Source: Auanema rhodensis | Taxonomy: Eukaryota > Animalia > Nematoda | Length of the DNA stretch: 64,000 bases | NCBI GenBank assembly: GCA_964057225.1 | Contig: OZ059898.1 | Location: forward strand, 16,368,001 to 16,432,000 | Reading direction: 5' to 3' | In this document: positions 24,766 through 37,958 of the stretch, piece after piece | Layout: the number at the start of each line of letters is the position of its first letter | Numbering within the stretch: the stretch's first letter is position 1 | Program-made: the position numbers and the translations under genes | The notes under the pieces: generated by a model | Databases searched by the model: none | What the model saw: only the letters and a program-made list of their open reading frames with translations | What the model was told of the DNA's origin: nothing

Positions 24766-26407
24766 TTATTTCTGACCAGTAGCATCTTTGACAGCTTGCA
24801 ATAATTCTCCAAATTCTCGTTTCCTATCCTTCCGTTTGCTTGGCTTCCACATGGAATTTTCTCTTTCTTCAACAGATAAAAAATGCCGTCTATAAAAGAA
24901 AAGCTTAAGCTGCCAAAAATTGATATTATACTTTGAAATATTATCAAGAAACGCTTGCTTCCAATCTCCACCGCTTCTATAAACATCGCGTAAAATTTTA
25001 GCAATATTATTTGCAGGTAAAACCATTGGGCCACTTTGCCATCTATTAATAATAAATATATATATACATAAATGAAGGTATTTTAATCCTACTTAACATA
25101 TCGCTGAATTGGAAGCCGCATAGTGCGAACCTCGGCACGACGGCCATTCCCTAACGCTTCACGGTTAGTATCCATTGTGAGAGGAACGACATAAACATCA
25201 TGCGAAAGAGGGCCATCTAGAACTTCACGAGCATGTCTAAGTTAAGTATATAAAAATATTTCAGAATATAAATCGAAAAACCTCGAAATATAAATAATTT
25301 CTTTTTTTCGACCATATGCTTGCTTCAAATTCATAGTAGTTATGTCAGGTAAAATTGTTTGATCTGTATATTCACTTGAATAAAAGCCAACGGATCTAAA
25401 ATTCGAAACAAATGATATAATATGCTGAAAAGAATTTCACTTTTTCATAAAATTATGGAAAAAGGCATTTTCTTTGAAATTAAAAAATCTGATCGGAAAA
25501 GGAACATTGGAATCGAAATTTTCCTAAAATACTTAATTTCTTTAAAAATTGGAGAGAACTACATACACTCAATAAATATTGAACATGGTGACCAAGAACT
25601 TGTTGATTTCTGAAATCTTCTTTTTCAATATTTTGCAAATCTAGAGCTATTTCGGGAACGCCTATTCGTATGCTCCTTTCAATGCGAGCACCACGAATAT
25701 GATTAACTTCTGAATGTCATAAAATTACATACCAACATTAAATCTTCATACTTTTACGATTTCGAAGTGGATTTATAATAAGTTGGTGTAAGTTATGGCC
25801 ATACCCCATTTCTCCTTTTTCAAATTTGGCGGCCTAACAAAAAATTCATAAAAGATCTAGAACATCCACACACACCTCAATTTGCCACATTGCCGTATAC
25901 TCACTTTCCCTTTTAGCTTTTCTTTCAGAATCTTTTTCCTGACGAATATGTTTCAAACCTAGATATTCCCAGAACATAAGTCTTTGTTTAACATCATGAG
26001 ACTCTAATGTGCTAAAAATGTTGATTTGAATTTTGATTTATGAAGAATTATTACCGAGTCCAATCCTTATCAGTAAAACTAAATGGAATAAATGTGCCCA
26101 TATATACAAAAACCTGATAAAATAATTACATATATAACATGCTAAAAGATATAAACTTCTAGTTCCTTCTGAATATGATTGAAAGAAGATTTCTGTTTCG
26201 GATTCAATGTCTTTAACCATTTTTCTGATGGTTGCAATTGTTTTATCCGCTCGGCAAGGTCAATATGATTGTCTTGACTGCAAGAGAACGCATTAGTATA
26301 ATTCTAAAATCTAAAACAAACCTAGATGCAGAAGAGGAACATAAATATCTAAAATTAGGTCTAATAGAAGATTGTTTTTCTATTAACTTAGAACACAATC
26401 TTAACAT
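24766..26407 (-). CDS. Mitochondrial TRMT10C/MRPP1-like SPOUT tRNA m1R9 methyltransferase-family protein
   Basis: Basic/hydroxylated presequence MLRLCSKLIEKQSSIRPNFRYLCSS. Trm10 landmarks PEIALDL, IIYISRHA, RLPIQRYVKWQSGPMVLPANNIAKIL and DWKQAF. The glycine-rich SAM loop is degenerate. Confidence 0.8.
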
Positions 26408-26628
26408 TATAATAAAAGGAAATGAATAGGTTGGTGCAGAATAAAGATTTTATTTTGATACGCAGAAATACGTTAACTAATAAAGGATACTGATATTCTA
26501 AGGGTTACGTTTAACAATTGATAAAATTAATATAATTAGTAAATACGTTGTATTCTAGTTAACATAACTTTATTTTATTCTGATCAAGTAATCAATTACA
26601 ATTGAATAAAGAGTTATTCATTCTAGAA

Positions 26629-27902
26629 ATGGTTATTGAAGTTCCTCAAAGTCTTGGTGGTGTTAAAAAATTAAATGATGGAAATTTGATGCCTATGATT
26701 GGCTTGGGCATTTCTCGGATTACTGAGCAGGTGAATTATCTGCATATGATACTGATATAGTACATTATAATTCTATTTAATCAAAATGATGTTCAGCAAA
26801 GTCTGATGAAGGCGGTTGAAACAGCTTTAGCAGCTGGATACCGTTTGTTTGACACTGCACACATTTACGAAAATGAGAAAGAATTAGGAGAAGCTTTACA
26901 AGTATAATACATTTTCTTTTTGCTTTGCTTTTATCCTAAAATTGAGGTGAATCTTAAAAAGTTTGGTTTGTCTCGTTCTGATATATTCATAACCACGAAA
27001 GTACCAACGATGGATGAAGATACTGAAGAGTGGGTCGAGAAACATATCGAAGAATCACTAAAGAAATTGCAAACCGAGTGAGCAATTGATATAAAAAGAG
27101 AAAATTTAATTTGATTGTAGTTATCTTGATTTGGTTCTTGTTCATTATCCGCGTGATAGATATATTGGACAGGATGGTAATCATGAGATTAATAAACGTG
27201 GACGGCGATTGGTTTGGAAACAACTCGAAAAGGCGAAAGGTATCTACTATGACGAGTCAAGTGAAGGGAAAATTATAAGTTTAGAAAATGGCACTATTCG
27301 CTCTATTGGAGTTTCCAACTATACTGTGTTTCATTTAGCGGAAATGGACGAATATGCAACGGTAGCAGTATTTTATATTTGTAAAACTTCTTTAGTCTTA
27401 TAGATTAAACCAGCGGTTAATCAAACCGAGTTTCATCCATATCTAACAATTGATCAAGTCCGACATTATTGTTCCCAACGGGATATTTTCATTCAAGTTT
27501 GAAATATTCTTTTAGCGTGTTTACAGTTATATAGGCTTTCTCCTCGTTATGCTGGGGTAATCAAGAAGTCCTAAATGAGAATGCTATTCAAAAACTCTCT
27601 GCTAAGTATGCAGTCACTCCACAGGTGTTCTTTCTTCACTGTTTTATCTAACTATAATCAATACAGATAATTCTCTATACCTTTGCTCTTAATGCAGGGA
27701 TTGGAATTATTCCAAAGTCTGCAACGCCGTCCCGCATCATTTCTAACATTAAAGAGGTTTTAGTTATAAAAGTATTATAGAAAATTTATATTTTTTAAAG
27801 ACTGCTTGCGTCCAATTGGAAGATGAGGAGTTGAACTCTCTATTTACTTTGGATAGGAATGTAGCATTCTGCCCAAGATGTGAGCCGTGGAAGTGTTTGT
27901 AA
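26629..27902 (+). CDS. Aldo-keto reductase, 8 exons
   Basis: LNDGNLMPMIGLG, GYRLFDTAHIYENEKELG, DIFITTK, YLDLVLVHYP, IRSIGVSNY, KPAVNQTEFHPYL and IIPKSATPSRI. The catalytic D/Y/K/H tetrad is present. Confidence 0.95.
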
Positions 27903-28373
27903 TTAAATTAACTCTTCGAACTTACACATTTATACATTTTTAACTTCTCCAAATTTATATTATTTTTGAATGAATAAATATTTTCTAGAAAAAAAGGATC
28001 AATCTTATTTCTTCTACACAGTTAAGTTTGTGAAGTGGGAGTTTGAAAGTCTGCTTATATCAATAAAGCAAAATATTTAGCAAAACCGATACTTGTTTTT
28101 TCCAAAATATTTAAGGCTATTCTGAGCTTTTCTTGATCTCAAGCGCACTTTCACATTTTTCGTGCCAGGTGGGGATAGTCAGAAGCAGCTAAAAGTAATG
28201 TCAATAATTGCATATTATATGCAAGCGGGAGATCTTAAGAAACTGAATATTCATTTCAAGATTCAGTTTTCCTGAAGAGTTTGGACATTTCGCCCTGAGA
28301 TAAAAACGAAATTTCTTTAACAAAATTATAACAGCTAATTCCACAATTCTGTACCTCATCACAAAGTATTCAT

Positions 28374-30132
28374 ATGATAACTCCGGTAAGAATAGGTTTT
28401 TTACCTGCTGAAGAAGATGTAAAAGGATGCTATGGAGTGGCAGAATGCAAACGGCCAGGATCTGATGTGGAAATTGTTTTTCTTGTATTCCAGTTATTAC
28501 AAATTCCATACGTTGTGGTCATACACTTCTATTTGTTTTTCGGTATGATTGAAACTTACTTTAGGTTGATCTTTTAAATGATTATGATGTATCTTATGAT
28601 ATGGGACAACGTCTTGAAAATGGTTCGTGGACAGGCGTCACAAAATTACTTATAGAAAGTAAGATTTATGTGAGAATTATATATACATTTCGTTTCTGAT
28701 TGGTAATCATTATGATCAAGTTATAGATCAGATTGACATGTGTGGGGTCTCAATGCGAGTGACTGAGGAAAGAAATGAAGTTATATTTTTCTCATATCCT
28801 ACACGATTTTTTCAAGTTAGTCTTTAATTATTTATAATAATAGATGTACTGTTAACATACCTTCTTTCTAAACTTTCTAATTAAAACATTCAAATGAATT
28901 TATTTCAAACATAGTTTCTTTAACCTTTATAAAATATTGAAGTTGCAGTCAATTTACGTCGTTAAACGACCATCCGCCATTTGCCCTCGAACATTTATTT
29001 TCAATTCATTTTCTGAGATAACGTGGATTTTTATTGTTATCTCCATATTACTTTCAATCATAGCATCTTGTGGTATCCACTTCGTTCATTCTCTATTCAA
29101 GCACTTTGAACATAAGAAAGATCGGCCTCGATACACGAGTCTTGTCTTCTATGCGTTACAAGTTTGTGAAATTACAAATTCCTTCGTTAATTTCAATATT
29201 TCAGAAAGGATTCAGCTTTCCATATGCATCTTTAAATGATTTATTCTCTTTTACAATTCATAATCTGTGTCTTCTTTTTACTTTTTTCATTATGATGCAA
29301 ATATATCAATCGAAAATGTATGCATACTTAGCTTCACCTAATCAGTATTCCATTCCATTTCGTTCTCAAAAAGAATCTTTAGGTATTGTAAGATATTTGT
29401 TCAGTTGTGTATAGTCACTTATATCCATTTGTTTACAGAATATGTTGATAAAGGCTATGGATTCTATACTGCGTTCGCATATCAGAAGATGCTGTGTTCA
29501 ACTGATGATAACTGTAAGCGTTTCCAAGAAGTGACATCCAACCGGCCTATTAGACAAAGGGAACGACAAGCCGAAATAGAAGCAGATTTAGAGTTTGAAT
29601 TAATCTAAATACTTCATCACTCATAACTTAATTTTAGTAACGGTGGCATATATGAGTCAACTATTGATAGTGCTTTTCTATCAAGTTCTGTTACTTGGTA
29701 AGGAAAATTAAGTGATTTAGAAAAATTAGAAAAGAATTTCAGGTTAGATAATAAGAAACAGGACCGTATTATCATAGAAGAAGAAGATGGCTCAAGATAC
29801 TTTGTAGCTTATTCGTTCAGCTCAAGAAATAAAAAGTTACGAGATCGGTAAAATGCTTACCAGCTATCTGTTAAGGTTTTAGTTTTTTTCTTAGATTTAA
29901 TGAAGCTTTGATGCAAGTATTGCCAGCTATTCCTCACATTAGCTCTGGCCATGGATATAATACTAAACGTTATGCTTTTCAATTCACATCACAGCCTACT
30001 CTGGTTGCTCTATCCTTGTCTGGACATCTTTTGCAACTTTTCAAAATATTTTTATATGGAATATGTTTTTGTGTAATTTTTTTCGCTTTTGAGCACATTA
30101 TTAATTATTTGAAATTGAAATTCTCCAAGTAA
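28374..30132 (+). CDS. Divergent ionotropic receptor (IR / iGluR-like, no amino-terminal domain)
   Basis: S1 lobe (GSDVEI…ENGSWTGVTKLLIENQIDMCGVSMRVTEERNEVIFFSYP), M1 (FSEITWIFIVISILL), M3-like (IYQSKMYAYL), S2, and M4 (LSLSGHLLQLFKIFLYGICFCVIFFAFE). The frame is open back to an acceptor at 28334, so the true first exon is unresolved. Confidence 0.82.
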
Positions 30133-31642
30133 ATACATATATCATATAGTAATAAAAAGTTTCAATGTTTTCAATGCATAAGTCAAATTAGTTTATTTTT
30201 CTCCTCAGTTACACCAGAATTTCCATGAAAAAATCTAAACAGTTGTTGCGCCACATGTCGAGCTAACGAAACGTGATTCATTTCCTTCTCCTTATATATC
30301 GAAATACGTCAATTTTTTTGTTTGAATATAAAAGGGTTAGAAAATCTAATTATGCCAAATGAAAATATGTATAATAATCTTTGATCTTGATTCTAATGAA
30401 TGAAAACCATTTTTCCTTTTTTTAAATCATTAGTTTATTCCAACATATTGATTAGCTCACAAAGTGATGAGTGAGGTAAGAATATCTTATTATGATGTAA
30501 CATTCTTTGATTTTTTGTTATTTTTTTATACTTTTAAAATAAATAAAAAAATAAAATATTAATAAAGATTTTGATAGAGTTAGATTATTAAATATCTTAC
30601 TAGTTAAGTATTTCTATCAATAAATGATTTTTTATGAACAAACATCCGTATTTGCTTCTCTCATTGTATGTTGTCTTTTCTTATTTGTATGTCTCAAGTA
30701 CTATATTAACATTGATAAATGTTTTTTATGAATAAAGCTAAGAGAACGTTTACAAGTACTCAAATGCCATTCAACATATGCTGGTCAGTCAGCTACGTTA
30801 AGCATCTTAACAGTGTACATTATATTTTTACCAATAATACACAATATTATAAAGAAGTTCATATTATGTTAATCCAAACATTTTTGCTTAACTTTTGGTA
30901 AGCATTCTGAATTTTCATGTTTTTTTTCCCAAAGACCTTTTTAAACAAGTTTTTCGTCAAACGTTTATCAGATTAAAGTTTTTTTTTGTTTTTCTTTGAT
31001 ATTAAAACAAGATTGTATGCATGATCAATGCTTGAAAAAAATTTGAATTTTTCTTCCAACAGATAAAAATTAAATTTTTGTTACAAATAGTTAACAATTA
31101 AAAAAGTTTAATTAATGAATATATTCAAAATAATATCATAATATGCAATGATTTGTATCCTTCTAATCTTAAAATATTTTTCATGGTTTTTCCACCATTA
31201 CTATTTCTTTTGCACATCATCACTTGCATCTCTTTTTTGTTCTATTGTTGAAAAAATGTTGCAATCGTTTTCTTTCCGACTGAAAAAAGTGGTCCCTTTG
31301 GAAAAAAGTAATATCTTGTTTTTTATGTTTTTCTTATTATGTATTCTTGCCTCTCTTACCTTTTCATTATTTTCTCTCAATGTTACTTCTAATTTTTTTG
31401 TTTTTTTTTTCATTACAAAAACTATATCAAATATCAAATCGTTTTAAGATTTCAAAAGATTAAAAGGCTAAAAGAACTAAGTGTAATTCAACTTTTAGTT
31501 TATATTCATTTTATATTATTTAATTTTATAGAAAGTTTAAACTTTCTTATTATATTTCAAAAAAGAGTTTATGAATGTTGTAATTCAGTCTTCTATTCTC
31601 GTATTTATCTAAAAACTTGATTGAAGCAAAATTTTTATTCAG

Positions 31643-34600
31643 ATGACAGATATGGAAAATGAGAATAAATCTACGAGGTAAATAGATTGTTTTAAATAAT
31701 TATTTATTTCAATTTTAAGTATTTTATCATTACATCATCCACATTTTATGAATAGTAATTTTAATGAAAATATTTCTGAATGGAATACGAATCAGAGAGC
31801 CACGATGAACCAGGTTTTATATTATTCTTATATATAATATTAATGTATACATTTTAAGGAAGAATTTGATTTGAGATATAATTATTCTCAACCAAAAAAA
31901 TCAAATAAAGCCATAACTCTAGCCTTAACCCAATATACATCAAAATTTTACAAGCCATTTACTTCTCCTCACAAATTAGTATCAACTATTTTTTCCCTCA
32001 TACCTATTATACAATGGATTCCAAAGTAAAGTTTTAACTTATTTTTTAAAATTTTCCATTTTTAATTAAGATATTCATTAAATAATTTATCTTCTGATAT
32101 TATTGGAGGACTTACTGTTGGAATAATGCATGTGCCACAAGGTATATTTCATATGTCGTCTTATCATTTTTAATTTTAAAATAATATTAAGTAAAAGTTT
32201 TTTAAGTTCATTAAAAAGAAATTTTTCTTATTTTTAGGTATTGCATATGCTAGTTTAGCAGGTCAAGATCCAGTAATTGGCTTATATACTTCGCTTTTTC
32301 CTGTTATAACATATATGTTTCTCGGTACATCACGACACTGTTCTATAGGTAATATATAATATATCAATATAATATTTAAAATAAATAATAATAAATGTTT
32401 TTAATAAATTTATTATTTGAAATCGTTTTAAGGATCTTTTGCCGTGGTTGCTCTTATGACAGGAAATGTAATTTCCAAACATACTTCAAGTGATAGCTTG
32501 CAAAAACTTTCCAACTCAACATATACCAGTACTGAAATAGCATCAACAATTACTGTTGAAATTGGAATTATACAGGTATATCCATAAAATCATAAAAAGA
32601 AAATAATTCTATTTCAGTTATTAATTGCAATATTTGGATTAGATTTTGTTTGCACATATTTATCTGATGATTTGGTCGCAGGTTTTACTACTGGTGCATC
32701 AATGCATGTTTTTGTAACTCAACTTAAATATATTTTTGGAATATATGATTTACCCAGACGAGAAGGGCCTGGAAATTTATTTATGGTAATCAATTTTTTT
32801 ATATAATTTTAAATATTTGTTCTTTCAGAAATTATCTGATCTTTTGAGAAATTATTCACAAGTTAATATCATTACGACATTATTGTCAGCTTGTGTTATA
32901 ATTATTTTATTACTAGGAAGATATTTTAATAATTATATTCAAAAAACAAAAAATACATCTATTCCTATACCATTTGATCTTATTATGGTATCGAGTTCGG
33001 AACATTGTTCATCTTAAATTGAAAACTTTAGGTTATATTAAGCACTGTAGTCTCAATAGTTTTTAATTTAAAATCAGATCACGGTGTTGCAACAGTTGGC
33101 AAAATACCAACAGGGTTTAGACATTACCTAGAAGACTTTTTAAGAACTTGAACAATATTTCAGATTTCCCCATCCTTATTTACCAAAATTTGAACTTTTC
33201 TTTGTACTATTACCTGACGCTTTATCTATAACAACAGTAATAATGGCAATTCACATATCATTAGCTAAAATGTTTGCTCAGAAATATGATTATACTATTA
33301 ATAATAATCAGGTAACATTTAAGTTATTATAAATTTAAGTATCATTATATTCTTTTTTTAAGGAATTTTATGCTCTTGGAATTACATCATTAATTTCCGG
33401 TTGTTTTCCTACTTTTCCTAGTGCTTCTAGTTTAGCAAGAACAATGGTAAATGGAAGTGTTGGAACCAAAACCCAGGTAAACAGTAAAATTTCAACGAAA
33501 AAATAACCTTTTTTGACAAACTTTTAGCTATCTTCAATATTTTCTACTACTCTCATCATAGCTATTATTATGTATTTTGGGAAATGGCTAAATCCTTTAC
33601 CAATGGTATATAAAATAAAAATTATTATTGTATATCGATATACATATGTTTATTCCAGTGTGTTCTTGGATGTATTATAGTTGTAGCCTTATTGGGAATG
33701 TTTAGAAAATTTGCTTCTTTGGCTAATTTATGGAAAATATCTCGAATTGATTTTGTATTTTCAATACTAAATTATTATATTTATTAAACATACATATTTT
33801 AGAGTATATGGATAATAGCTTTTGTTTCAACTACTGCGATTGATGTTGTTTTAGGATTAATGATCTCTATAGCTTTTGCTTTATTCACAGCTGTGATGCG
33901 ACAGCAATGGTAAGTCGTTTTTAAATTTTTTTTCAACTGCAATACAATTTTTTTGAAATTTTTTTAGGCCAAAATGGCACGTGTTAGCAAATGTTACAGG
34001 TACAACAGAGTACAGGGATGTGGAAAGATATAGGAATATTTTCTTTTTTAATGTATTTTTAATTGTTTTAATTATAAATATAATAATATTATTAACAGGG
34101 TGTGTGCGTATTCAGATTTGATAGTCCATTAACATTTTTAAATTCCGAAGAATTTCGAAAAGCATTGCATAATATATTGTGGAAATCTACCTTAGCAGAT
34201 GCTAACACATATGAAATTTGTTTAATTTCGGTAATGATATCAGTAACAAATAAGTATTTTCTAGAACACCCTATTTCAGCAGCCAAGTAAACATCGCAAA
34301 AAACGTCATGTAATTATAGATTGCTCAGGTTTTGTTTATGTTGATCGTATGGGTATAAACACACTTAAAGATGTAAGAGATTCGTTATCATATTAAAAAA
34401 TATATATTTATCGTTCAATACAAGTAAATTATTCTTTGTATTATTATAAACCTACGATTTTACAGATTTATACTACAATGAGCCAGAAAGATGTGATGGT
34501 ATTTTATGCAGCAGCAAAAGGTATCTTACTACAATAGAAAACAGTACACTTTAATTATATTATATTCCAGCTACACTTAGAGAAATGTTTGAGCAAGCAG

Positions 34601-34680
34601 GATATCACGAATTGGTTCCTCGATCTTCCTTTTTTCCTACTGTTCATGATGCCGTTGCTACTGCTCAACAGGAGCAATAA
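31643..34680 (+). CDS. sulp: SLC26/SulP anion transporter with STAS domain, about 19 exons
   Basis: [59 protein letters not shown] motifs [11 protein letters not shown] and [15 protein letters not shown], and FFPTVHDAV. Confidence 0.95.
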
Positions 34681-36436
34681 ACATAATCGGTTTAAAATAT
34701 TGTTGTTACATTATCATTTAATGTATTTGTACATAGAAAAAAGAAAATGTTAAAAATTGTCTGCATTAGAACAACCGAATAGTGCTCCCTGAAAAATGAA
34801 ATGACGATTTAAAGCAAATGGTAAGATCCACGTGAATTCCACGTGAGCATTAAAAGAAAGCAAATAAAGAAAGCAAGAAGTTGGTCAAGTTGACAGAATT
34901 GCAAAACTTCTCTTTTATTAAAAAAATAAGTTCTTTCAAAGTTTGACAGAACTTGATTTTGAGATTTACATGCAAATTCTCTATTGAGTATGATATGATA
35001 CCAGTTATTAACTTATATAATCTTTCATTTTTGAACAGTGGATGAACAGTTGAAAAAGACATTATCTAAATGATGATTAATGATTTTATCAAACTTTTCA
35101 TTTTTGATGTTTCAAATAAATAATGAATATAATAGTTAGAAATATTATATTTATATGTTATAAGATTCAAAGTAATCTTTATTAGATATAATAATTCAAT
35201 ATTTTAAGTTTAAGAAAGTGACAAGTATATAACTAAAACAAATAAAAGATTCAAAAAAAAGTTGAATTGAAGTTTAACTAACACACTGACAGATACTTTC
35301 TTTTCTTTTTAATCTATTTATATATCAAGTTAATTATAAGAATATAGTCTTTATTACTATAATACATATTATATGCTATATCTATTCTACAGAAACTATA
35401 AAGAAACATATACATACACATATGTATAATATAAATTTTTCTTATATCTTACAATTGAATTATCAAAAAATACAAAAAAAAACTTAATTTACTAGTTAAT
35501 TTCTTGTTATTTTTTGGAAAATAAATATTTTGTTTAGTTTTATTGGTATATGTTATTTCGAAAACAGTAAACATAGATAATACATTGATTATACATATTT
35601 TGCCTTTTCTTGGTTAGAATAGATAACTTTTTGATATGATTGGTGTATCTGATTCATTCAGATATGTCATGGGTTGTTTTTATCTTTTACTTCTTCTTTC
35701 GAATCTGCTCTCTTAACAAATTTTATTCCTATCTCTTTTCATGCTCTACAACATTTTAACAGCATAACTCTCTTATCATCATTATATTGTTCATTACATC
35801 AATACATAAACTCAATTATGCATATAGTCAGGTTTGCTTATCATATAACCTTATGCCATATATATGACGTTTAACTATATAAATCGCTTTTGAATGATAT
35901 TCTTGCTCGATTACTTTTATGTTTTCAAAACAATTTTCAAACCAGTCTTCTTATTAACTAATTTCATTTTTTTCATTCTTCATTCAATTTTATTTCAATT
36001 TTTCATCTTTTTTTGAACTTTATATATAACATTTAGACATTTATATTTACAATATCTTAGAATACTAGTACAAGGTTTCTTTTTGAAATACAAAAGAAAA
36101 TTCCTTTTCAAAATATATATTTGTGTGTTACATGATGGTCATAACTTAGATTAGTGACTCACAAATATTAAATTTCGTAGTTTAACGATTACCACCTGCC
36201 AAATTTCTTTTCAGATTGTTTATTCAGGAGTTGTTAATTGAACTTTCTGTTAAACAACTGAGATTTTTTATTTTTTCTTCTAGTAAAGAGGGGGGGGGGT
36301 GAAATGACAAGAAAAAATGATTCTTTCTATAAACGTTTGGTCAACAAAGTTTTAGTAAAATTCTTGGCTGACATCTCGATTGATTAAAAAATGTCTGGAG
36401 TTGATAGACAAATCATTGAGGAAATCAAAAAATTAA

Positions 36437-36461
36437 AGAGAGAGAGAGAGAGAGACAGAGA
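36437..36461. repeat. (GA)n microsatellite
   Basis: Near-perfect AG run. Confidence 0.85.
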
Positions 36462-37958
36462 GGGATTACTGGTTTTACTCATTTCTTAATGCTATCTTTA
36501 ATAGAATAGCTCTTTAGATTGTAAATACGAATAGCAAATTGACGAATAAAACAAATAAAACCTGCACGAAAGGCATTTTTAATATAATAGTGCAAAAGTT
36601 AAATTGTCTCATATGGATTTCACATTTGAGATATTCACTTTACCTTTTTCTCATATTAATCTATTCAGACTATATATAGTTATGATGACACTCAACTTGA
36701 ACATTTTCTGTTGAAAAAGGATTAAATTTCAATTTTATTGATGCATGTATGAAATTTGTATTTCATGTAAGTACATGCTACATGCATATACTATATATTC
36801 ATAATACAAGCTTTATAAAGGAAAAAAGCTTAGCTTTTCTATCTTGTTCATCCTTTTTGATCTATCTATTCAATGATATCAACATTGCCCAATTATTGAG
36901 CAAATTCAGAGAAGATCAAAAGATGAGATTAATGTAAGCTTTCATGGTTCAAATATTTGCCAAGTTTTATTGTGCCACCTTCTATTCATTTAATTTTTAT
37001 TCTATCAGTTACCGGTACTCCTGCAGTTGTTATCATCTCGCCCACGGCAGCGTCTAATCCTTCTAGAGCTTTAGATGATAGATAACCCTAAACCTGTGTC
37101 TCGAACACTGCCAGATATCATCTCCAGTTGTATTTTTCTCTAAATTTTCTATTATCCACTTTCTTTCTTTGCAAACTGTATCAGTTGTTTTTTATAGTAT
37201 TATATTTACCGCTATTCATATTAACTCTAAGTTCAAATTTTACAAAAAAAAACTATTGAAACGATCAAAAAGTGCCAAAGCGAACTCAGGAAATCGATAA
37301 TGTTTGTTCTTTTCCGGTTAGATAAAAGCTCTCAACATGCCGAATTTTTTTCATCATTTCCCATAACGATATCGGTGATTGCTTCAACTAGAGCATTTTC
37401 TATTGATCTTTCTGAATTACGAAGGAAACGAAGAGAGAGAGAGAAATCGAGAACGAAAGAGTGAATTCCGCCCCCTTTTCACGTCATGCAATCATATGTA
37501 TGATGAGATATGTTCATTTAATTCTTAAGGTATATAATACTGTTTCTTCGAATATATTGCTCATTCCTTAATTTTTGAATAATTATGATATCCATTCAGA
37601 ACAGTTAAAAATTCCTTTTTTTTTAATTCTCTCTGAATATAACATGCTTTTAATTTTTTCTACTTTATCATTTAAGCTATAATAAAATCAATAATGAGTG
37701 CTTAATAGTAAATGAATCATCATTCTTATCTTTTTTTCTTTCAGTCCGAAAAATATTTCTAAAACTAATCATTTTGTTTTATCATTTATCATATTTTTTG
37801 TATACAAAAATGAAATTTATATACTGGTGGCGTGATAAACTGCATCTTCTAGGGGGGAAATGCACTGTGGTCTTAATTATTGTTATGATTTTAATTATTC
37901 TCACAATTCATTATTTTAGCTCAGTTTAAAATTTATTATTATTTTTATTATTATAGAT

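Noticed and set aside
31148-31447. Opposing 99-aa and 78-aa ORFs upstream of the SLC26 gene
   Set aside because: Low-complexity F/L- or K/N-rich translations of T-rich DNA with no splice support.
34231-34264. Apparent 34-nt intron in the SLC26 gene
   Set aside because: An in-frame canonical TTTCAG at 34279 gives an ordinary 49-nt intron, so the ultra-short one is not required.
3299-34680. Sulfatase plus sulfate transporter as a sulfur cluster or eud-1-like switch locus
   Set aside because: The genes are 25 kb apart with eight unrelated genes between them. The sulfatase is Sulf/sul-1 type, not the sul-2/eud-1 arylsulfatase type.
37000-37958. About five TGATAA (GATA) sites upstream of the MARVEL gene
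   Set aside because: Only modestly above chance in such AT-rich DNA.
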